From positions 1 through 38,085 of the forward strand of contig CAYWAR010000001.1 of NCBI GenBank assembly GCA_964455765.1: 38,085 nucleotides of DNA, read 5' to 3'. Numbering within the stretch: position 1 is the stretch's first letter; each line of letters begins with the position of its first letter. A model generated the notes under the pieces. That model was not told where the DNA came from. It ran no database searches and was given only the letters and a program-made list of their open reading frames with translations. This document shows positions 16,024-24,543 of this stretch, in pieces. Made by a program: the position numbers and the translations under genes. Source of the stretch: an uncultured Elusimicrobia bacterium (GTDB taxonomy: Bacteria; Elusimicrobiota; Elusimicrobia; UBA1565).

Positions 16024-17202
16024 ATGTATTACCCCAGGCGGCTTTCGGACGTTCTGCTTCGGCGGGCAAGCGAACGGCCCGTGGTCTGGCTCTCCGGGCC
16101 GCGGCAGTCCGGAAAAACCACGCTCCTCAAGAAACTATTCCTTAAAAAATACCGCCATATCTCTTTTGACGCTCCGGATGTCAGGGAGCGCTGCCTGGCC
16201 GATCCCCGCATCTTCCTTGAGTCGCTGGGCGGCCCCGCCATTCTCGATGAGATCCAATACCTGCCGGAACTGCTGCATTACATCAAGGAGTCGGTGGATT
16301 TAAACCGCCGCCCCGGGCGCTTCATCCTCACGGGCAGCCAAAACTTCCGCCTCATGGCCGGCATAACGGAAACTCTCGCGGGCCGAGTGGGACTCCTCAA
16401 TCTCTACCCGTTGAGTCTTGCCGAATCCGGTTGCCCTCGGACTACGCTCGCCCTCTGGAAACGGCTGCACCGGGGATTCTACCCGGAACTTGCGGCTTTC
16501 CCTCGCCTGGACAGCCGGGCTTGGTATGGGGACTATCTCCAAACCTATCTGGAACGCGACGTTCGAGGAGTGCTCCACGTAGGCAGCCTTCGGGACTTTA
16601 CGCGGTTCCTCATCGCGTGCGCGGCCAGGAGCGGCCAGATATTGAGTTTAAGCGACTTGGCCCGCGACGTGGGCATCGCCGTTTCCACGGCGAAGCAATG
16701 GCTGAGTCTTCTTGAGGCAAGCTTCCAGGTATTCCTCCTGCCGCCCTACTTCACGAACATCACCAAGCGGATCATCAAAAGCCCCAAGCTATACATGCTG
16801 GACACGGGCTTGCTCTGTTACCTGCTCAAGCTGGAAACGCCGGAGATGGTCATGCGCGCGGCGCATCAGGGGGCCATCTTTGAGACCTTCGTCGTTTCCG
16901 AGATCATCAAAGCCCAGGCCAATCAGGGCCGCCTGCCTGAACTGTATTATTGGAGGACCAACTATGGGGCCGAGGTGGACGTGGTCTTAAGGCAGGGCGA
17001 AGCCCTCATTCCCGTCGAGATCAAATGCCATAGCCAACCGAGTTCCGGCATGCTCAAGGGTTTGGCCACATTCCGTGCGTCATTTCCCAAACAGGCGGGG
17101 ACGGCCCGTGTGATCTCCCTGGCGAGGGAACCCTATCGGCTGGATGCCTCCACCGAGGTGCTGCCGCTGAGCGGCTTGTCCGGTTTCGCGTCGGACGTTT
17201 AA
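16024..17202 (+). CDS. AAA+ ATPase with C-terminal DUF4143 (PD-(D/E)xK-like) domain
   Basis: Walker A is GPRQSGKTT and Walker B is AILDEIQ. The C-terminal nuclease-like motif is EVDVVL...IPVEIK. The segment has visibly lower G+C. The start is 16024 (MYYPRR) or 16006. Confidence 0.8.
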   Translation: MYYPRRLSDVLLRRASERPVVWLSGPRQSGKTTLLKKLFLKKYRHISFDAPDVRERCLADPRIFLESLGGPAILDEIQYLPELLHYIKESVDLNRRPGRFILTGSQNFRLMAGITETLAGRVGLLNLYPLSLAESGCPRTTLALWKRLHRGFYPELAAFPRLDSRAWYGDYLQTYLERDVRGVLHVGSLRDFTRFLIACAARSGQILSLSDLARDVGIAVSTAKQWLSLLEASFQVFLLPPYFTNITKRIIKSPKLYMLDTGLLCYLLKLETPEMVMRAAHQGAIFETFVVSEIIKAQANQGRLPELYYWRTNYGAEVDVVLRQGEALIPVEIKCHSQPSSGMLKGLATFRASFPKQAGTARVISLAREPYRLDASTEVLPLSGLSGFASDV

Positions 17203-18209
17203 CCCGCGAGCCAATCCCAGAGCAGGCCCAATCCTTTGCGCACGCCCACCGTGGGCGACCAGCCCAGTTCCCGGCGCGCGCGCCGGATGTCGCAGACATA
17301 GACCTTCTGGTCCCCCGGCCGCCAGCCCTTGCGCACGACCCGCATCGGCTTGCCCTGCCGCTTTGCGATCCAGTCGAGCAGCTCCAGTAGGGAGAGCGTG
17401 TTGGCCGGTCCCCCGCCGATGTTGTAGATCCGTCCCCGGCTCAGGGAGCGTTTGCGGTAGACCGCCTCGAAGGCGTCGACTAAGTCGTCGACGTAGAGCA
17501 CATCGCGCACCTGCCGACCGTCCCCGTAGAGCGTGACCCCCTTCCCGGCTTGGGCCGCGCGCATGAAATGAGCCAGCCAGCCCTGGTCCTCGGTGCCGTT
17601 CTGGTGGGGGCCGTAGATGCAGGATTGGCGAAGCACCGCGCTGGGCAGGCCGTAGATGCGGAAATAGTCGCGCACGTACTGGTCCGCCGCGCCCTTGGAG
17701 CAGCCGTAGGGGGAGTGGAAATCCAGCGGCTCCTCCTCGGAACAGCCCATGGGCCTGGAGGCGTAGGCGTAGCGGCCGCCCTTGAGGACCACGCGCACGC
17801 CTTCCATGCCGCCGTAGACCTTGTTGGTGGAGGAGTAGAGCAGGAAGGGTTTCCGGGGAAGCGCGCGCAGGGCCTCCAGAAGGTTGAGCGTGCCCAGGGC
17901 GTTGATCTCGAAGTCCGGCCTGGGGTCGGCCACCGAGGTCGTGACCGCGACCTGCGCGGCCAGGTGCAGGACGAAGTCGAGCCTCTTGGCGCGGGCCCTG
18001 ACCCAGCGGGCCACGGCCCGGGGATCGCGGATGTCGGCGCGGGTGAAGTCCAGCGGCCCCTGGCGCCTGAGCCAGGCTAGGTTCTTCTCCGTTCCCGGGC
18101 GGGAGAGGTCGTCTAGGACGCAGACCCTCCAGCCGCGCGAGAGCAGGCGGGCGGCGGCGTTGACGCCGATGAAGCCGGCTCCGCCGGTGACCAGCGCCCG
18201 GCGGCTCAC
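17199..18209 (-). CDS. NAD-dependent SDR sugar epimerase (CDP/UDP-sugar epimerase-like)
   Basis: 336 aa with a GTG start overlapping the upstream stop (GTGA). Motifs are ALVTGGAGFIG and YGCSKGAADQY (YxxxK). Its stop overlaps the convergent ATPase stop (TTAA). Confidence 0.9.
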   Translation of the reverse strand: MSRRALVTGGAGFIGVNAAARLLSRGWRVCVLDDLSRPGTEKNLAWLRRQGPLDFTRADIRDPRAVARWVRARAKRLDFVLHLAAQVAVTTSVADPRPDFEINALGTLNLLEALRALPRKPFLLYSSTNKVYGGMEGVRVVLKGGRYAYASRPMGCSEEEPLDFHSPYGCSKGAADQYVRDYFRIYGLPSAVLRQSCIYGPHQNGTEDQGWLAHFMRAAQAGKGVTLYGDGRQVRDVLYVDDLVDAFEAVYRKRSLSRGRIYNIGGGPANTLSLLELLDWIAKRQGKPMRVVRKGWRPGDQKVYVCDIRRARRELGWSPTVGVRKGLGLLWDWLAG

Positions 18210-18964
18210 CGCTCCCCCCGGCGATCCAGGAAGAAGATGCGGAATAGGGTCAGATACGACCTGAGATTGTTCATGATGCGCATGGAGCTCGCTCCCTGTT
18301 TGAGGCCGTAGTCGTAGATGAACGGGGTCTCGCGCGCTTCGCGGATGAAGCCCTTGAGCCTGAGCAGCATCTCCGCGTTGCAGGCGAAGCCCCCGGCGCT
18401 GGTGAAGCGCCCGCCGTAGGCGTCCAGGGCCCGGCGCAGGGGCCCGGCCCGGTAGGCGCGGTAGAAGATCGTGTAGTCCCGCACGCCGTTGATGCGGCAG
18501 ATCAGCCGCAGGAGGGTGTTGGCGGCCGTGCTGAGCAGGAGGCGCTTGGCCGGGAAATTCCGGTACGCCCCTCCGGGAGCGTAGCGCGAGGCGATGACCA
18601 CGTCGCAGGGGCTTTGGAGCAGGCCCAGCATGTCGGGCAGCACCGCGGGGTCGCTGGTCCCGTCCCCCTCCATGACCACGACCGCGTCGTCCTCGCCGGC
18701 TCCCGCCAGGGCCGCCCGCAGTCCGGTGAGGAAGACGGCGGAGAGCCCCATGTTCTTAGGGTGCGGGAGAGGCAGTATGGGATGCTCGGCGCGGAGCCCA
18801 TCGAGGACGCGGGCGGTGTCGTCCTTGCTCCCGTCGTCGACGATGAAGAGCCGGTAGGGCCTGGAGGCCATGGACTCGCGGATGCGGCGGCAAAGCCCCG
18901 GAAGGTTCTTGGCCTCGTTGTAGGCCGGTATCACCAATCGGACGGGGCTCCGGTTCTCGGGCAT
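18206..18964 (-). CDS. GT2 glycosyltransferase (Dpm1-like, soluble)
   Basis: 252 aa from ATG 18964 (MPENRSPVRLVIPAYNEAKNL). Motifs are IVDDGSKDDT and MEGDGTSDP. The track ORF extension to 19360 is an artefact. Confidence 0.85.
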   Translation of the reverse strand: MPENRSPVRLVIPAYNEAKNLPGLCRRIRESMASRPYRLFIVDDGSKDDTARVLDGLRAEHPILPLPHPKNMGLSAVFLTGLRAALAGAGEDDAVVVMEGDGTSDPAVLPDMLGLLQSPCDVVIASRYAPGGAYRNFPAKRLLLSTAANTLLRLICRINGVRDYTIFYRAYRAGPLRRALDAYGGRFTSAGGFACNAEMLLRLKGFIREARETPFIYDYGLKQGASSMRIMNNLRSYLTLFRIFFLDRRGER

Positions 18965-18969
18965 GGCGC

Positions 18970-19692
18970 TCAGAAGATACCAAAAAGACCGAAACGGCGG
19001 CGCACCAGGACTCCGGCCAGGGCGAGGGCCAGCGCCAGGGGGCGAGCCTTGGAATCGCCGGCCTTGCGCCAGCGGTAGCTGATGGGTGATTCCCTCACGC
19101 GGGCTCCCCTCTCCAGCAGGGCCAGGAGCATGTCCTGCTGGAACTCGAAGCCCTTGGCGTGGAGCGTCAGCCCCGCGAGGAGGGAGCGCCGGTAGAGGCG
19201 GTAGCCGCTGGAGCAGTCCCGGGCGGGCATGCGGAGCACGGCCCAGAAGAACAGGTTGAGGACGCGCGTCAATACAAGGCGCGTGAGAGCCACGTCGGTG
19301 CTCCCGCCTTCGATGAAGCGCGAGCCGATGACGAGGTCCGCATCGTGGCGCTTGGACCATAGGCCCGGGAGCTGGGACGGATCATGGGAGCCGTCGCCAT
19401 CCAAGACCAGGGCGAACTCTCCCCGGGCCTCATGCAGGCCATGGAGCACCGAGGCCGCGTAGCCGCCCCTGTCCTCTAAGACCCGGGCCCCGGCGCGCCG
19501 CGCCTCCTCCGGCGAGCCGTCGGTGGACCCGCCGTCGATGACGAGCGCCTCGCAGGAGATGCCCAGGCGCGAGGCGGCTTCCTGGAGCGAGGCGATGACG
19601 CCTCCGAGGGTCGTGGCCTCGTTGAGGGCCGGGATGACGAAGGAGAGTCCGATCGCGGCGGGTTCCGGACCATCGAAGCGGCGGGTCGTCAT
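18970..19692 (-). CDS. GT2 glycosyltransferase (Dpm1-like, soluble), tandem paralogue of the next gene
   Basis: 240 aa. Motifs are SFVIPALNEATTL, VIDGGSTDGS and LDGDGSHDP. Confidence 0.85.
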   Translation of the reverse strand: MTTRRFDGPEPAAIGLSFVIPALNEATTLGGVIASLQEAASRLGISCEALVIDGGSTDGSPEEARRAGARVLEDRGGYAASVLHGLHEARGEFALVLDGDGSHDPSQLPGLWSKRHDADLVIGSRFIEGGSTDVALTRLVLTRVLNLFFWAVLRMPARDCSSGYRLYRRSLLAGLTLHAKGFEFQQDMLLALLERGARVRESPISYRWRKAGDSKARPLALALALAGVLVRRRFGLFGIF

Positions 19693-19695
19693 CGC

Positions 19696-19734
19696 GGGGG
19701 GTTTCCGGAATCATGATACCCAGAGTCCCCCCCC
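19696..19734. repeat. Imperfect inverted repeat in a divergent promoter region
   Basis: The sequence reads GGGGGG-tttcc-GGAATCATGATACC-cagagt-CCCCCCCC. The central ATCATGAT (19710-19717) is a perfect palindrome, and the flanking G6/C8 runs are roughly concentric with it. Confidence 0.5.
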
Positions 19735-19772
19735 GAGCGCTAGTGTATTTTGGTCCGGTCGCGGCGCCAGGG

Positions 19773-19778
19773 AAAAAT
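19773..19778 (+). promoter_or_regulatory. Weak -10-like hexamer AAAAAT, 7 nt upstream of ATG 19786
   Basis: Read as gggAAAAATagctatcATG. A possible -35 TTGGTC lies 17 nt upstream. It is weaker than the other sites. Confidence 0.3.
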
Positions 19779-19785
19779 AGCTATC

Positions 19786-20745
19786 ATGGCGGAGATTCCG
19801 ATGGCGCCAGATCCCCTCATTTCCGTCGTGATCCCGGTCTACAACGAGGCGGAGTGCCTCCGCCCCCTCCATGCGCGCCTGAGCGCCGTGCTCCGGGGCG
19901 CGGCTCTGCGCCATGAATTGATCTTCGTCGACGACGGCTCCACGGACCCGTCCCTCTCCGTGATCAACGCCATCCAGGCGGAGGATGCGGCGGTCTCGGC
20001 CGTGGTCCTGAGCCGCAATTTCGGCCATCAGGCCGCGCTGACCGCGGGGCTGGAATACGCCAAGGGCGACGCGGCGATCACGATGGATGCCGACCTGCAG
20101 CACCCCCCGGAGCTCATCTTGGCGCTCCTGGGCGCCTGGCGCTCCGGAGCCAAGGTGGTCCATGCGGTCCGGACGAGGACGGAGGGGATCTCCTGGCCCA
20201 AGCGCGCGGCGTCGAGCCTCTTTTACGGGATGCTGGGCCGGCTCTCCAGCACGCCCATCCACCCCAACGCCGCGGACTTCCGCCTGTTGGACCGGCAGGC
20301 CGTCGACGCGTTGAGAGCCCTCAAGGAGAGGCACCGCTTCCTGCGCGGGATGATCGGCTGGATCGGGCTCCCCCAGGCCGTGGTCCCCTTCGAGGCCCCG
20401 GCCCGCGGCGCGGGGCGGTCCAAATACACCTGGTCGAAGATGTTGCGCATGGGGGCGGATGCCGTCGTCTCCTTCTCCATCCTCCCCCTGAGGCTCTCGT
20501 GGGGCCTGGGCTGCCTCATGCTCCTGCTCAATCTGGGCTACGCGGGGCATGTCCTCTATGTCCTCGCGGCCGGGAAGGGAGCGGTGACGGGCTGGTCCTC
20601 GATCGTGATCCTGATCATGCTCATCGGCAGCGCTCAGCTGATCCTGCTGGGCATCATCGGGGAATACCTTGGACGCATCTATGAGGAAGCCAAGGGCCGT
20701 CCCCTCTACATCGTCCGGGAAATCTCCTCCGGGCGCGGCCGCTAG
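19786..20745 (+). CDS. GtrB/ArnC-like GT2 polyprenyl-phosphate glycosyltransferase with two C-terminal TM helices
   Basis: Starts at ATG 19786 (MAEIPMAPDPLISVVIPVYNE). Motifs are FVDDGSTD, SRNFGHQAA and MDADLQHPPE. The C-terminal TM pair ends in GEYLGRIYEE, which is typical of the family. Confidence 0.9.
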   Translation: MAEIPMAPDPLISVVIPVYNEAECLRPLHARLSAVLRGAALRHELIFVDDGSTDPSLSVINAIQAEDAAVSAVVLSRNFGHQAALTAGLEYAKGDAAITMDADLQHPPELILALLGAWRSGAKVVHAVRTRTEGISWPKRAASSLFYGMLGRLSSTPIHPNAADFRLLDRQAVDALRALKERHRFLRGMIGWIGLPQAVVPFEAPARGAGRSKYTWSKMLRMGADAVVSFSILPLRLSWGLGCLMLLLNLGYAGHVLYVLAAGKGAVTGWSSIVILIMLIGSAQLILLGIIGEYLGRIYEEAKGRPLYIVREISSGRGR

Positions 20746-21443
20746 TGTCCCCCCAAGACAACCCGAAAGACCGCGGCCGCTACTACGAATCCATCTCGCG
20801 GGAATGGGATTCGTGGATGGACGCTCAGGAACTGCGCAAGCGCCTGCGGATCGTCTTCGAGAGGCAGTTGGCCCGGGAGGAGGTCCAGGGACGCCGCGTC
20901 CTGGACGCGGGCTGCGGGACCGGGCATTTCAGCCGGGTGCTCTCCGGCTGGGGAGCGGAGCTGGTGTCCCTGGACGTGGGAGAGGGCCTGCTCTCGGAGG
21001 TCTTGAAGAAATGCCGGACCCGCGCGGTGGAGGGCACGGTTCTGGACCTCCCGTTCTCGGACGGAGAGTTCGAGATCGTCCTGTGCACGGAGGTCATCGA
21101 GCACACCCCGGACCCTCGCGCGGCGGTCGCGGAACTCTGCCGGGTGCTCGCTCCCGGGGGCACGCTGCTCCTGACCGTTCCCAACCGGTTCTGGCGGCCG
21201 CTGGTCGCCGCGGCCGAGACGCTCCGGCTCCGCCGCTACGCCGGATTCGAGAACTGGGCGGGCTATGAGGAACTGCGGCGCTGGGTCCGCGAGGGGGGCA
21301 TGAGCGTGGAGGAGCAGTCCGGATTCAACCCCATCCCGCACACTTTTTTCTGCAGGCCCTGGTTCGACCCGCTCGACCGCGCGGCCCCCCTCCATCCCTT
21401 CATGGTCAACATCCTGGTCCGCGCGAGAAAGCTTCCGGCGTGA
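20745..21443 (+). CDS. Class I SAM-dependent methyltransferase
   Basis: 232 aa. The GTG start shares 1 nt with the upstream TAG. Motifs are VLDAGCGTGHFS and LAPGGTLLLTVPN. The stop overlaps the next start (GTGA). Confidence 0.85.
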   Translation: MSPQDNPKDRGRYYESISREWDSWMDAQELRKRLRIVFERQLAREEVQGRRVLDAGCGTGHFSRVLSGWGAELVSLDVGEGLLSEVLKKCRTRAVEGTVLDLPFSDGEFEIVLCTEVIEHTPDPRAAVAELCRVLAPGGTLLLTVPNRFWRPLVAAAETLRLRRYAGFENWAGYEELRRWVREGGMSVEEQSGFNPIPHTFFCRPWFDPLDRAAPLHPFMVNILVRARKLPA

Positions 21444-22984
21444 AGCGCGAGTCCCCCGCCAAGGCCCTTCTGGTCGCGGCCGGGACGCTTCTCTTCCTGG
21501 AGCTGCTCTGCTTCGGACCGCATCTGGCGAAGACGGGATTCTATCTCGACGACTGGGTGTTCCTGGACCGGGCCTTCGGGGCCGGGAACCGGGGCCTTCT
21601 AGGAGCCATCCGGGCCTTTTGCACCCCGGACTTCGCCTCCCGGCCCCTGGAGATACTCCACTTCGCCGTGCTGACCGCGGCCGGCGGGCTCTCGCCTTGG
21701 CGGTATCGAGCGGTCAATCTCATCGGCGAACTGCTCCTGGGGCTCGCCCTGTTCTCCACCCTGCGCGGCCTCTCGGTCGGAGGAAGGCTCTCCCTCCTGG
21801 CCGCCGGACTCGCGCTCCTTTATCCCAATCATTCTTCCACCCACCTCTGGATGTCGCAATCCCCGCAGACCTGGGCCATGGCCCTCTGCTTCGGCGCATT
21901 CGCCGCCCACCTGCGCTGGGCCCTGCCGCGCCCGGGCGCGGCGAAGAGCGGCGTCTGGCTTCTTCTCTCGCAAGCCTGCTACCTCGCCTCGCTCCTGATG
22001 TATGAGTCGACCTTTTTCCTGCCCCTGGCCCTTGCCGCGGGCCTCTGGGTCGCCGGGCCGGGGTCCCCGCGGCTCTCTTTGGAGCAGGGGCGCGCCTGGC
22101 TCAAAACGATGCTCCCCTTCGCCGTGAGCGCCGGCCTCTTCGTCCTGTATCAGAGGGTGCTCGCGCCGATGTGGCTGGCGCCCTCTCCCAAACGGATCGA
22201 CCTCTCCCTTGCCCACGCGTGGAGCATCTATCGGGCCGCCGCGTCGTGCTCGACGGCCGGCGTCCTGGAACTGCTCCAAATGGTCCGCCCGCCCGTCGCA
22301 TCGGCGGCCTGGTGGGCCGCCTTGCCGGCGGGAGCCGCCCTCGCCGGGGTCTTCCTCGGGGCGGAGGACCCGGATGAGTCCGGCTCCAAAACGGGCCGGC
22401 GCGCGCTCTGGGCTTTCGGCGCGGGCCTCTTCATCAGCGCCTACCTGCCCTATGCGTTCACCCAGGGCTATGTCCCCCGCGTGTTCGGCGTCTTGAACCG
22501 GGTCAACATGGGGGGAGGGCTGGGCGCGGGAGTGCTGGCCGCCGCCCTATTGGGAGTTCTTCCTTCCTGGCGCGCGTCGTGGCCGCGAAGGACGGCGGCG
22601 GCCGTGCTGTTCGCGTCGTTCGGCCTGAGCCATTGGATGAGCGGCTGGGTTTGGATGAAGGCGTGGGACATGCAGCGCGAGGTGCTTCGGGAGATCGAGG
22701 CGCGCCTCCCCTCCGGCCCGGCCACGATCGTGCTGCGGGGGACGAGGCCCCATCTCCTGGGGGCCCCGCTGTTTCGGACCCATTACGACGCTTCGCGGGC
22801 TCTTTGGTTGAGAACCGGAAGGCGGGACATCGCGGTCAACTGGGCCAAGAAGGTGTCCTTCGACCCCGTTGGTCTGGGCGTCGTCAACGGCGACGGGAAC
22901 TTCTTCCGCTATCCCTATGCCGGGCTCTTCTTCTACGATGGACCCTCCCGGCGGCTGGTGCCGGTCACGGGTCCGCGGGATTAA
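21440..22984 (+). CDS. Polytopic membrane protein, probable GT-C-fold (GtrC-like) glycosyltransferase
   Basis: 514 aa with ~11-12 predicted TM helices. An acidic motif follows TM1 (GFYLDDWVFLDR). The C-terminal ~110 aa are soluble. It is the third gene of a coupled GtrB-like / MTase / membrane-protein unit. Confidence 0.65.
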   Translation: MKRESPAKALLVAAGTLLFLELLCFGPHLAKTGFYLDDWVFLDRAFGAGNRGLLGAIRAFCTPDFASRPLEILHFAVLTAAGGLSPWRYRAVNLIGELLLGLALFSTLRGLSVGGRLSLLAAGLALLYPNHSSTHLWMSQSPQTWAMALCFGAFAAHLRWALPRPGAAKSGVWLLLSQACYLASLLMYESTFFLPLALAAGLWVAGPGSPRLSLEQGRAWLKTMLPFAVSAGLFVLYQRVLAPMWLAPSPKRIDLSLAHAWSIYRAAASCSTAGVLELLQMVRPPVASAAWWAALPAGAALAGVFLGAEDPDESGSKTGRRALWAFGAGLFISAYLPYAFTQGYVPRVFGVLNRVNMGGGLGAGVLAAALLGVLPSWRASWPRRTAAAVLFASFGLSHWMSGWVWMKAWDMQREVLREIEARLPSGPATIVLRGTRPHLLGAPLFRTHYDASRALWLRTGRRDIAVNWAKKVSFDPVGLGVVNGDGNFFRYPYAGLFFYDGPSRRLVPVTGPRD

Positions 22985-24504
22985 CCCAGCCGGAATTTCT
23001 TCGCGACCCACCCGCGCAGGAGCTTCTTGGCGTCGTCGTCGAGGAGCCGGTAGCCGAGGGCGTAGAAGAGGGCGAGCCCGGACGCGCCGAAAGAGCAGAG
23101 CCCCAACCAGGAGCCGATGAAGCCGTGCGAGAAGAGGCCCAGGGCGGCGAAACCCAGGCCGGCGACGCAGGGCCGCCAGCAGGCTTGAGAGAGATACTCC
23201 CACCAGCCGAGCCCGAAGAGCTTTCGATGCGCGTAGGCCAGGAAGAACGGGGTGATCGCCCACTCGGCGAAGGCCAGGCCGAGGGCCGCCCCCAGGATGC
23301 CCAGCCTCGGGATGAGCAGGGACCAGGCCAGAAAAAGGAGCGCGGTCTTGGCGCCCTGCTGGAGTCCGGTGTACTCCGGAGCCCCCTTGGCCAGGGCGGC
23401 GTAGTGGGGCAATTGGGTGGCCAGGTAGGCGAAGTTGGCCAGGAGAAGCCAGCGGAAGGGCCAGGTGCCCCGATGGGAGAATTCCGGCCCCAGCCAGAGC
23501 GTCATGAACTGGGGCACCATGACGAAGGAGAGCACGCTCAGCGGGAGCACGATGAAGAGGGAGACCTCCGTCGCCTTTAGATAGAGGCGGCGCAGGCGGG
23601 CGTCCTCGCCGCGGCCGTGCAGTTCGCTCATCATCGGGAGCACCGAGTCGGCCACCGCGCCGCAGAGCACGTTGAATTTCCTGGCCAGGGCGGCCGAGAC
23701 GGCATAGAAGCCCAACTGGGAGAGAGGCAGGAGCGCGCCGATGAAGACCCGGTCCCCCTGGTACATGAGCATCCAGAACACCTGTCCCACCCAGCTCTTC
23801 GCCGAGAAAAGGAGAAAGTCCTTGCGCTGGCGCTCGGAGTGCACCGGCTTGGGCGCCAGGAGGGGACGGGTCAGGAAGAGGGATAGGAGGGCCAACGCGC
23901 CCTGGACGGCGACGAAGGATAAGGCGACCATGCGCAGTCCGCCCCCTCCCCAGAGCGCCAGGGCCGCGGCCGCGAGCGTCGCGGCCGATTCTAGGGCGCG
24001 CAGGAGGTTGTAGGCGTGGAAATTCTGGGCTCCGTAGAGGGCGTGCAGTGAGAATTGCAGGAGAAAGGATGGAACGGCGGCGATCGCGGCGCAGGAGATC
24101 ACGAATGGGGTCCTATCGAGGATATGTCCCTGCGGGTCGATGAAGGCCCTTGTGATGGGACCGCGCCCCAACCAGAGGATCGCGGCCCCGTGGAGGGCCG
24201 CGGCGAGGTGGAGCGCCAGGGAGTATCTCAGGAGACCCGAGACCCCGCCTTTGTCCCCGCGGCCGAGGAGGGCGGCCGTGAAGCGCTGGCCGCCGATCCC
24301 CGTGCCTCCCGTCAGCAGGAGCAGGTAGCCCAGCGCGGTGCCCAGGAGGGTATAGAGGGCGTAGCCCTCGGTGCCGAGGCCGTGGACGACCATCGGGGTC
24401 AGGAGCAGGGCCGCGGCGAAGGATGCCGCTTGGCCGAGCAGGTTGAGCTCGACTCCCCGCATGACCCGATGAGCGAGCCGGGGGGGTTCCTCGTCGGAGG
24501 TCAT
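22981..24504 (-). CDS. wzx: Wzx-type (MOP superfamily) oligosaccharide flippase
   Basis: 507 aa from ATG 24504 (MTSDEEPPRLAHRVMRGVELNLLGQAASF). It has ~12-14 TM helices with the typical polysaccharide-biosynthesis-protein layout. The track ORF extension to 24879 is an artefact. Confidence 0.8.
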   Translation of the reverse strand: MTSDEEPPRLAHRVMRGVELNLLGQAASFAAALLLTPMVVHGLGTEGYALYTLLGTALGYLLLLTGGTGIGGQRFTAALLGRGDKGGVSGLLRYSLALHLAAALHGAAILWLGRGPITRAFIDPQGHILDRTPFVISCAAIAAVPSFLLQFSLHALYGAQNFHAYNLLRALESAATLAAAALALWGGGGLRMVALSFVAVQGALALLSLFLTRPLLAPKPVHSERQRKDFLLFSAKSWVGQVFWMLMYQGDRVFIGALLPLSQLGFYAVSAALARKFNVLCGAVADSVLPMMSELHGRGEDARLRRLYLKATEVSLFIVLPLSVLSFVMVPQFMTLWLGPEFSHRGTWPFRWLLLANFAYLATQLPHYAALAKGAPEYTGLQQGAKTALLFLAWSLLIPRLGILGAALGLAFAEWAITPFFLAYAHRKLFGLGWWEYLSQACWRPCVAGLGFAALGLFSHGFIGSWLGLCSFGASGLALFYALGYRLLDDDAKKLLRGWVAKKFRLG

Positions 24505-24510
24505 CGGCCC

Positions 24511-24516
24511 ATTTTG
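24511..24516 (-). promoter_or_regulatory. Weak -10-like hexamer CAAAAT, 6 nt upstream of wzx ATG 24504
   Basis: The minus strand reads AAGCCAAAATGGGCCG-ATG. There is no convincing -35. Confidence 0.3.
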
Positions 24517-24523
24517 GCTTATT

Positions 24524-24532
24524 TGATAGAAT
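24524..24532 (+). promoter_or_regulatory. Extended -10 TGaTAGAAT, 11 nt upstream of ATG 24544
   Basis: Read directly as ttTGATAGAATtcgcgccagagATG. It sits in the AT-richer 39-bp divergent intergenic region. Confidence 0.45.
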
Positions 24533-24543
24533 TCGCGCCAGAG

